Shown here one piece after another: positions 57,241 through 64,000 of a stretch of DNA of 64,000 nt. Where the stretch lies: the NCBI GenBank assembly GCA_041671225.1, contig JBAZBY010000001.1, positions 827,740 to 891,739 on the forward strand. The letters are read 5' to 3'. Under the pieces are notes generated by a model, which saw only the letters and a list, made by a program, of their open reading frames with translations, ran no database searches and had not been told where the DNA came from. Source of the DNA: Patescibacteria group bacterium. Lineage in GTDB: Bacteria; Patescibacteriota; Patescibacteriia; JBAZBY01. Position 1 is the stretch's first letter. Every line of letters starts with the position of its first letter. The translations under genes and the position numbers were made by a program.

Positions 57241-58668
57241 TTAATCCTGCACCCTTACTGGAGTGCCAATCTCTGCCCAGTTATAGATCCACTCGGCATT
57301 ATCATAATGGATGTTGATACATCCATGCGACATTTTATGGCCAAAATTGTTGTGCCAATATGCGCCATGCAAAAGCCGCGGCCCATCAAAACGAAGATTC
57401 CACTTTGTTCCTGGGAGGTCAAAGTTGCTGGGATTACCTGGACCAAAATATCCAAAGTAATGCTTCACTGGAATTTTTTGTGAAATTGCAAAATCTCCTC
57501 GTGGCGTTTCAGAGGCGCCGGGCAACCCCGAGGAAATAAGAAACGTATTTACTTGCTGACCATTTTCATACGCATAGAGGCGCTGCTCACTAATGTCAAC
57601 AACTATACGCTGACCCTGCTCACCAAATGTTGCGCGTGTTGCGGGACCTGTAATAATATGCGGGCTTTCTTTGTCCACTGAAGCGGCAACATAGATGCCG
57701 CCACGAAAATCGAGTTCATAGGCAAAAGTCCATGCCGGCTTTGGTGTGCCATCTGCGGTGAAGGTACGAACCTGAGGGCCGCCACCCGCACCTGCACCAG
57801 TGATGATCTCTGCTTTCCCATCAGTATTGATGTCTACAGCCGCAAGACTTGCGCCACCTTTAAATGAAGATGGATAGGCATAAAATTCAGAATAAATAGG
57901 TCGATCAACATGATAACCATACACTTTTACAATGGCGGGACCGCCACTCAGAATTGTTGTGATCACTTCTGATTTTCCGTCATTATTTGTGTCAGCTGCC
58001 GCAACAGCAACTCCGCCGCGATCCCATGATGCATATGGAAAGTAATCAAGCCCCAGCCATGTCCCATCCCCATCAAAGACACGAACATGCGGCGAGCCGC
58101 CAGGACCAGAGCCGGTAACAATCTCATCACGATGATCTCCGTCAACGTCCCCAGCGGCAACTAATACATCACCAGTAAAAACACCGTCATAGGGATAAAA
58201 ATTTTCAAGTAGTACGCCGTGCATCGTAAATACTTTCACCTCTGAACCATCAGCGGATGCGGCGCCAGTAATAATTTCATCTTTTCCATCACCATTGATA
58301 TCCCCTGTGGCAATATAAAGACCTTTGCGAAAACTTTCATCATAAACAAAGAAGGAGCTCAAACGCTCCCCATCCTGTGCAAGTATCCGCACATGTGGCC
58401 CACCGCCTGGGCCGGCTGCAACAACAAGTTCATCAACGCCATCACCATTCACGTCACCCAATGCCGTGCGCACGCCCCCGGCAAAACCATCATCAAATAC
58501 GGAAAATGTTTTCGGCTTCTCAAGGCGTGAAATAATTTTTGCAGTATAAAGGTGCGCCTCGGGCGCGCGCGTGTCCGCTGCGTAAACGGCATTGGCAGAC
58601 AAAAACAACCCAATAAGAATTGAGATGGGCAGTGCAAAGCCAAGATACCGGAGCACTATCTGTGCCAT
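57241..58668 (-). CDS. FG-GAP/VCBS-repeat beta-propeller fused to a C-terminal L,D-transpeptidase (YkuD) domain, secreted
   Basis: Signal peptide (MAQIVLRYLGFALPISILIGLFLSANAVYA). Five or six FG-GAP repeats (GDVNGDGVDELVVAAGPGGGPHVRI, etc.). C-terminal YkuD catalytic motif (HGAYWHNNFGHKMSHGCINI). Start placed at Met 58668; the ORF-track start at 58875 would overlap secA and looks non-coding. Confidence 0.75.
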   Translation of the reverse strand: MAQIVLRYLGFALPISILIGLFLSANAVYAADTRAPEAHLYTAKIISRLEKPKTFSVFDDGFAGGVRTALGDVNGDGVDELVVAAGPGGGPHVRILAQDGERLSSFFVYDESFRKGLYIATGDINGDGKDEIITGAASADGSEVKVFTMHGVLLENFYPYDGVFTGDVLVAAGDVDGDHRDEIVTGSGPGGSPHVRVFDGDGTWLGLDYFPYASWDRGGVAVAAADTNNDGKSEVITTILSGGPAIVKVYGYHVDRPIYSEFYAYPSSFKGGASLAAVDINTDGKAEIITGAGAGGGPQVRTFTADGTPKPAWTFAYELDFRGGIYVAASVDKESPHIITGPATRATFGEQGQRIVVDISEQRLYAYENGQQVNTFLISSGLPGASETPRGDFAISQKIPVKHYFGYFGPGNPSNFDLPGTKWNLRFDGPRLLHGAYWHNNFGHKMSHGCINIHYDNAEWIYNWAEIGTPVRVQD

Positions 58669-58693
58669 GTATTTTTCTTTTTGTATGAAAACG

Positions 58694-58783
58694 CCCGGTT
58701 GTCCGGGGATAGAGAGGTGAGGGTTGGAAATCAGTATCGCTGCCCGTTGTAGTGTCAGGAAGCCATATTGATTCCCAACCCTC
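58694..58783 (-). promoter_or_regulatory. Structured leader/terminator region between secA and the L,D-transpeptidase gene
   Basis: Imperfect 15-bp inverted repeat (58719-58733 and 58769-58783, one mismatch) around a 35-nt loop. Adjacent CCCCGGacaaCCGGG hairpin plus a short U-run just upstream of the start codon. Confidence 0.35.
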
Positions 58784-58858
58784 GAAAGACTCTTTTGCTT
58801 TTTATTTTTGTTTGAAAAGAGCTTACAGCAGTAAGGATAGCAGAAAAATAGCCTCTTG

Positions 58859-61585
58859 TCAACGTTTTGCTGCACTCAGCTGCTGATGTTCCTCGCTATT
58901 GATCAACCCGCACTTTTTGTACTTCTTGCCCGACCCGCATGGACACAAATCATTACGCCCGATTTTTTCTGCCGTTACAGACTGAGCTGCTTGCGGTGCA
59001 GATGTTGAAACAGTGCTTGCACTGCCCATGATCTGCTGTGGCGATGTCAAATCCGATGATGACTTTGCTGCACCAAGTTCTATGGTCTGACGACCCGCAA
59101 GTGGTGAATGTTCAACGTGTTGTGCAATCACTACTTTGTAAACAGATGTCGCTGTTTGTGATTGGAAGCTATTCAAGAATTGTGTGTAGAGCGTATGCGC
59201 TTCACGTTTATACTCTATAAGCGGATCCTTCTGACCATAACCCCGCAATCCAATCCCCTGCCGAAGATAATCCATCTGTTCCAGATGTTCGATCCACAGT
59301 GTATCCAACGTGCGAAGCAAAACGCCGCGAAGAATTTGTTCGAGCCGCTCTGGATTTTCAAAACTCGCAGTGAGCTCGGCATAACGGTCTTCAGCAAGCT
59401 TGATAAGATACTCAGTAAGCTTTGTGCGGCGTTCAACAAGGCTCGCCTTCTTCCTTTCTTCACCAAGAACATCATCCATCATTAACCGCTCCTGCAACGA
59501 AACGGGAAAGATCGTATCAACAACTTCATACACCTCTTCTATATTCCACTCTTGAGGATTCTCACTGCTCGTGTGAAAAGAAATGACTGACTCAATTTCT
59601 TGTTCAAGAATCGCTTGTATGCGGTCATGAAGTGCCTCACCTTTTTGCTCGAGCAATTCGCGACGTAAACGATAAATGGCCTCCCGATGCTTGTTCATCA
59701 CGTCGTCATACTCAACAAGGTGTTTGCGAATATCAAAGTTGTTTCCTTCTACTTTCTTCTGCGCCTGTTCTATTGAACGGGTGATGAAGCGATTCTCTAT
59801 TGGCATATCTTCTGGCATACCAAGGCGATTCATCATGCTCTTCATGCGCTCGTTCGCAAAGATGCGCATAAGATCATCTTCAAGAGAAAGATAAAATTGT
59901 GAAGATCCGGGATCACCCTGACGTCCGGCGCGGCCGCGCAGCTGATTATCTATACGACGGCTTTCATGGCGTTCAGTACCAATCACATGCAAACCACCCA
60001 ATTCCACTACTTCTTTCTGCGCCTCTTTGTTCAATGGAACACCTCCAAGAATAATGTCCACGCCGCGACCAGCCATATTGGTTGCAACGGTTACGCCACC
60101 CTTTTTTCCTGCCTGCTCAATAATGTGCGCTTCACGCTCATGATTCTTTGCATTGAGCACTTCATGAGGAATCCCCTCCTCGGTGAGTAGCTGACTCAGT
60201 ACTTCATTCTTTTTGATTGAAACCGTACCAACAAGAACTGGCTGTCCTAATTCATGTCGCTTGCGAATTTCCTTTGCAACAGCAATATACTTGCCGCGCT
60301 CTGATTTATAGATTCGATCAGTTCTATCATCACGCTGCAGCGGCTTATTTGATGGAATAATAGAAACGTCAAGTCCATAAATCTTAAAGAACTCCTCAGC
60401 CTCCGTTGCTGCGGTACCCGTCATTCCAGCAAGTTTTGGATACATCCGGAACAAATTCTGGATACTAATGGTCGCGAGTGTCTGGGATTCCTGCTTAATA
60501 TCAAGCTGCTCCTTTGCCTCAATTGCCTGATGAAGCCCTTCAGAAAACCGACGGCCTTCCATCATGCGACCGGTGAATTCATCCACAATAATCACTTCCC
60601 CATTTTTGACGACGTATTCGCGATCTTTCTTGTAGAGAACTTCTGCGCGCAAAGCCTGCTCAAGGTGATGCACCATCTCAATGCCACCAGCAACATAAAT
60701 ATTCTCAACCCCAAGCGCCTTCTCCATTTTTGCAATACCTTGCTCGGTGAGCGATGCAGCGCGCATTTTTTCGTCAATATTGAAATCCGGCCCTTCCTCA
60801 AGCCGCGTGACAAGCTGCGCATATTTACGGTAAAGGTCCGTTGCCTGCTGCGCTGGCGCAGAAATAATAAGTGGCGTGCGAGCCTCATCAATAAGAATAC
60901 TGTCTACTTCATCGATAATGGCAAAGTTAAGGTCCTGCTGAACGCGGAGTGCCATCTCTGGCGCCATATTGTCGCGAAGATAATCAAAACCAAATTCTGA
61001 ATTCGTGCCATACACAATATCTGCTTGATATGCCGCTTGTCGCGTTACAGGCTTCAAGTGCTGCATTGGACCCTCTTCACTCACCCCCGCATCAAACTGA
61101 TACGCCTGCTCGTGTTGCAAACATGAAACGGTCAGGCCAAGCGCGTCATATACCTGCCCCATCCATTGCACATCGCGTTTTGCAAGGTAATCATTGACCG
61201 TCACAAGGTGCACTCCTTTTTTAGAAAGCGCATTTAATGCCAATGCCAATGTTGCGACAAGTGTTTTTCCTTCACCTGTCTTCATTTCAGCAATCTTACC
61301 CTGATGAAGAACAACGCCACCCATCAGCTGCACATCAAAGTGCCGCATGTTCAGTACGCGCCTTGCTGTTTCGCGCACCATGGCAAAAACTTCCACAAGG
61401 TGGTCATCAAGCGTTGCCTCCTCCTTCTGTATCGCAACGCGCATTTCAGCAATGCGTTTCTTGATTTCCTCTTCTGAGCGCTTTGCTATTTCTTTTTCGC
61501 GTGCGTTGATCTGCTCAACGTATGGCTCCAACTTCTGGACAGCCCGTTCATTCGGGTCCCCAAAAAGCGAACTGAAAATACTCAT
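58859..61585 (-). CDS. secA: Preprotein translocase ATPase SecA
   Basis: DEAD motor motifs and C-terminal zinc finger CPCGSGKKYKKC. Confidence 0.95.
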   Translation of the reverse strand: MSIFSSLFGDPNERAVQKLEPYVEQINAREKEIAKRSEEEIKKRIAEMRVAIQKEEATLDDHLVEVFAMVRETARRVLNMRHFDVQLMGGVVLHQGKIAEMKTGEGKTLVATLALALNALSKKGVHLVTVNDYLAKRDVQWMGQVYDALGLTVSCLQHEQAYQFDAGVSEEGPMQHLKPVTRQAAYQADIVYGTNSEFGFDYLRDNMAPEMALRVQQDLNFAIIDEVDSILIDEARTPLIISAPAQQATDLYRKYAQLVTRLEEGPDFNIDEKMRAASLTEQGIAKMEKALGVENIYVAGGIEMVHHLEQALRAEVLYKKDREYVVKNGEVIIVDEFTGRMMEGRRFSEGLHQAIEAKEQLDIKQESQTLATISIQNLFRMYPKLAGMTGTAATEAEEFFKIYGLDVSIIPSNKPLQRDDRTDRIYKSERGKYIAVAKEIRKRHELGQPVLVGTVSIKKNEVLSQLLTEEGIPHEVLNAKNHEREAHIIEQAGKKGGVTVATNMAGRGVDIILGGVPLNKEAQKEVVELGGLHVIGTERHESRRIDNQLRGRAGRQGDPGSSQFYLSLEDDLMRIFANERMKSMMNRLGMPEDMPIENRFITRSIEQAQKKVEGNNFDIRKHLVEYDDVMNKHREAIYRLRRELLEQKGEALHDRIQAILEQEIESVISFHTSSENPQEWNIEEVYEVVDTIFPVSLQERLMMDDVLGEERKKASLVERRTKLTEYLIKLAEDRYAELTASFENPERLEQILRGVLLRTLDTLWIEHLEQMDYLRQGIGLRGYGQKDPLIEYKREAHTLYTQFLNSFQSQTATSVYKVVIAQHVEHSPLAGRQTIELGAAKSSSDLTSPQQIMGSASTVSTSAPQAAQSVTAEKIGRNDLCPCGSGKKYKKCGLINSEEHQQLSAAKR

Positions 61586-62028
61586 GTGTTCTGTTCTTCG
61601 TCCTCTCTCCCCCTCCTACGAAACACTCTTCCAAATATTCGGCGTGAACCGCCCCCAAAGCGCGTAAGACCCCGTCTGCTTGTTGCATACATATTCCGCG
61701 GGGAAAGTATGCGTTTAAAGCGTCGGCGCACAGAACGCCGCTTACCCTGCTCATGTTCAAGCTGATTCTCAAGCTTGCTCATAAGCATATCAACGCCCGT
61801 ATAAGGATCCTCAGCAATGACATGAGCATTCAGATGTTCACGCGATCCGCGAGAAAGCGCATTCACGCTGAAAACCTCACCTTTTGTGTGATGCTGGTCG
61901 CGGGTAATATTGAGCCGGACATCCTGCAAATCAGGCACGAGCTTTTCAAGCACGCTAAGCTTTTGCTCGGCATATGCCTTCAACTGATCAGGAATATCGT
62001 ACTTTTTTCCGTAGAAAGAAAGATGCAT
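61582..62028 (-). CDS. hpf: Ribosome hibernation-promoting factor (RaiA/HPF family) with basic C-terminal tail
   Basis: N-terminal RaiA fold sequence (MHLSFYGKKYDIPDQLKAYAEQKL). R/G-rich C-terminal tail. Confidence 0.8.
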   Translation of the reverse strand: MHLSFYGKKYDIPDQLKAYAEQKLSVLEKLVPDLQDVRLNITRDQHHTKGEVFSVNALSRGSREHLNAHVIAEDPYTGVDMLMSKLENQLEHEQGKRRSVRRRFKRILSPRNMYATSRRGLTRFGGGSRRIFGRVFRRRGREDEEQNT

Positions 62029-62071
62029 ACTTCGCTCTATGGTATATCACGCAGACTCCTTGCTGTCGAGG

Positions 62072-62965
62072 TCAAAAACCGAGGTATTGAACCTCCTCCT
62101 GCAACTGCACGCCGTAGGCGTCTCTAATCTGCTGTTTTATGTAGCTAACGAGCTGCAAAACATGATCTGCCGTTGCATCTCCGGTATTGATGATAAAATT
62201 TGCATGCAAAGGAGAAACTTCTGCACCTCCAATACGCTTCCCCTTCAGGCCGGCTGCATCAATAAGCCGAGCAGCATAATCACCCGTTGGATTCTTAAAC
62301 ATACACCCAGAACAAGCCGCCCCTATCGGCTGCACGCCTCGCTTATATGTAGCAATAAGTCGACGGATTTCTGCGGCAATAACCTTTGTATCTTTTGGAT
62401 AGAGTAGAAATGATGCCTCAATGATTACTTCTTTTGTTCGTTTGAAGCGACTTGTACGATAGCCTAGTGCACAATCCTGCTTCGAAAATTCTTGTTCCTC
62501 TCCCGCCTCATTGACGATACGCACATGAGAAAGTACCGGCTCAATGCCTGAGGGGAACATGCCGCCATTTCCATACACCGTGCCCCCGATCGTCCCCGGA
62601 ACGCCGGCGATGTTCTCAAGCCCGGCGAGACCTTCTGTGGTTGCAAAACCAAGCAGTTGACCATTGGTTGTTCCTGCGCCAGCGGTAATGACGTTTTCTG
62701 CGCGCGTATACTGACGATTTTCTGGATGAATAACCAGCCCACGAATTCCCTTATCAGCAATAAGAACATTCCCTCCCCCTCCAAGAATCGTTATAGGAAT
62801 CTGCATTTCTTGTGCAAGCCTTACCACTGTAATAAACTCCTCGTTTGTTTTTGGTTGAGAAAGAAAATCAGCAGGACCGCCAATTTTAAAATAGGTAAAA
62901 GGAGCGAGCACTGCCTGTTCTCGAATAATGAGACCTTTTTCATGTGCACGCACAATGAAATTCAT
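62072..62965 (-). CDS. murB: UDP-N-acetylenolpyruvoylglucosamine reductase
   Basis: FAD-binding motifs (FKIGGPADF, GGGGNVL). Confidence 0.9.
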   Translation of the reverse strand: MNFIVRAHEKGLIIREQAVLAPFTYFKIGGPADFLSQPKTNEEFITVVRLAQEMQIPITILGGGGNVLIADKGIRGLVIHPENRQYTRAENVITAGAGTTNGQLLGFATTEGLAGLENIAGVPGTIGGTVYGNGGMFPSGIEPVLSHVRIVNEAGEEQEFSKQDCALGYRTSRFKRTKEVIIEASFLLYPKDTKVIAAEIRRLIATYKRGVQPIGAACSGCMFKNPTGDYAARLIDAAGLKGKRIGGAEVSPLHANFIINTGDATADHVLQLVSYIKQQIRDAYGVQLQEEVQYLGF

Positions 62966-64000
62966 GACGGTATATGAATAAATTTACGTGCAAAGGCATC
63001 AATATCACCCGCACCCAGAAAAAAAACGACCGTGCTTCGATCAATGGCCTTGGTCAAGAATGGCGCAAGTTCTTCAAGTGAAACATCCGCCTGAACATTT
63101 CCACCAATAGAACGCACGGTGTCTGCCAATGTGTGAATGTCAATGTCAATAGCATCCTGCTCACGCCCGGCAACGTGATAAATATCCGTGAGATACAGTT
63201 CATCAGCAACTTTTAGTTCTCGCGCAAAATCATTCAAAAAGTGTTTTGTGCGCAATGCGTGATGTGGTTGAAAAACCACCACCAACTTCTTTTTTGGGAA
63301 TACTTCACGAGCTGTTTGAAGTACTGCGTGCACCTCGTGTGGATGATGTGCATAGTCAGAAAAAATACGCGCGTCCTTAAATGCGCCTATCTCCTCAAAG
63401 CGGCGCCAAAGACCCGGAAAGGTACGCAATACCTTACGTGCAGCATCCATGTCATGTCCCAGCGCGGCAAGCGCGGCAAGCGCGGCCAAACCATTCCGTT
63501 GGTTATGTGCGCCTGGAATTTTAAGTTTTATTTCAGTATTCAGCAGATTTAAATCTCCCTGCGTGTCGCCAAAAGTAATCACCGTTCGGGATCCAGCGGC
63601 AGCCTTCAATGCATCCGTATAATGCTCTCCTTCTGGAAGTACCACAAAACCATCTTCATGCACCTGCCCAATGAATTGAATAAACGCTGCAAGCACATCC
63701 TCAAGGCCGCTATAGGTATCAACATGATCATAATCAACATTGGTAATAACCGCGCCAAACGGCCTGTACGCCAAAAAACTGCGATTATACTCATCCGCTT
63801 CAACAAGTGCGAGATTTGATGCACCAATACGGATATTCCCATCCCATGCTCGAACCTGCGAACCAATAAGAATCGTTGGATCGGCATGGAGCTTTTCCAA
63901 GCCCCAACCAATGAGTCCCGTGGTCGTTGACTTACCATGAGTGCCGCTCACGGCAATCAGCTGCTTCTCATCCATAAAAGCAGCGAGGGCCTCGGCGTAC
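62962..64000 (-). CDS. murC: UDP-N-acetylmuramate--L-alanine ligase, 5'-partial (N-terminus beyond window edge)
   Basis: IAVSGTHGKSTTTGLI P-loop and Mur ligase central/C-terminal domains. The reading frame stays open beyond nt 64000 (...YAEALAAFMDEKQL). Confidence 0.85.
   Translation of the reverse strand, partial: YAEALAAFMDEKQLIAVSGTHGKSTTTGLIGWGLEKLHADPTILIGSQVRAWDGNIRIGASNLALVEADEYNRSFLAYRPFGAVITNVDYDHVDTYSGLEDVLAAFIQFIGQVHEDGFVVLPEGEHYTDALKAAAGSRTVITFGDTQGDLNLLNTEIKLKIPGAHNQRNGLAALAALAALGHDMDAARKVLRTFPGLWRRFEEIGAFKDARIFSDYAHHPHEVHAVLQTAREVFPKKKLVVVFQPHHALRTKHFLNDFARELKVADELYLTDIYHVAGREQDAIDIDIHTLADTVRSIGGNVQADVSLEELAPFLTKAIDRSTVVFFLGAGDIDAFARKFIHIPS

Noticed and set aside
58669-58875. 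ORF-track N-terminal extension of the L,D-transpeptidase gene (start at 58875)
   Set aside because: It would overlap the secA stop, the translated region (MQQNVDKRLFFCYPYCCKLF...) is Cys/Lys-rich junk, and a clean signal peptide begins at Met 58668. Similar over-long track starts using alternative codons at 7580 (GT26), 23622 (PBP2), 24097 (mreD), 32551 (GT4), 41622 (GT4) and 46934 (infA) were trimmed to internal ATGs that abut or overlap upstream stops.
1-64000. CRISPR arrays, transposases/IS elements, rRNA and tRNA genes
   Set aside because: Looked for regularly spaced direct repeats, transposase-like ORFs and tRNA T-loop motifs in all gaps >40 nt; none found. The few repeats present (13139-13434; 58719-58783) are single inverted or direct pairs, not arrays.

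Overview
Compact bacterial chromosomal segment. Small genes, widespread start/stop overlaps and few Shine-Dalgarno sites suggest a reduced-genome lineage such as Patescibacteria/CPR; that placement is inference only. From about 2.3 kb to the 3' edge nearly all genes (about 55) lie on the minus strand in one long co-directional array. Recognisable content: def-fmt-priA; alr-ddl-ftsQ; serS, lysS, gltX, proS, alaS; greA; mreB-mreC-mreD-PBP2; rseP-frr; a roughly 12 kb polysaccharide/glycosyltransferase cluster with an embedded second mreB paralog, a DUF4012 protein, an O-antigen-ligase-like protein and a flippase; the ribosomal cluster rpsI-rplM-rplQ-rpoA-rpsD-rpsK-rpsM-rpmJ-infA; mnmA; secDF, secA, hpf, murB and murC (5'-partial). 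Three things are worth a second look. First, a three-gene operon at 50.1-54.5 kb: a protein with an N-terminal sigma-70 region 4 HTH fused to tandem HARE-HTH-like winged helices, then a single-pass membrane protein of unknown function, then a HerA/FtsK-superfamily (DUF87-like) ATPase with a long disordered Q/R/E-rich tail; the operon has its own promoter. Second, a 725-bp non-coding island at 12.8-13.5 kb, atypical for this genome: a candidate structured ncRNA of about 255 nt with nested terminal helices and an intrinsic terminator, then inverted/direct repeats, then a GC-rich ridA gene carrying the only strong SD in the window plus its own promoter and terminator (probable horizontal acquisition). 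Third, an FG-GAP-repeat::L,D-transpeptidase fusion between secD and secA. All calls come from reading the sequence and ORF translations; no database search was run. Coordinates of non-ORF elements may be off by 1-2 nt.
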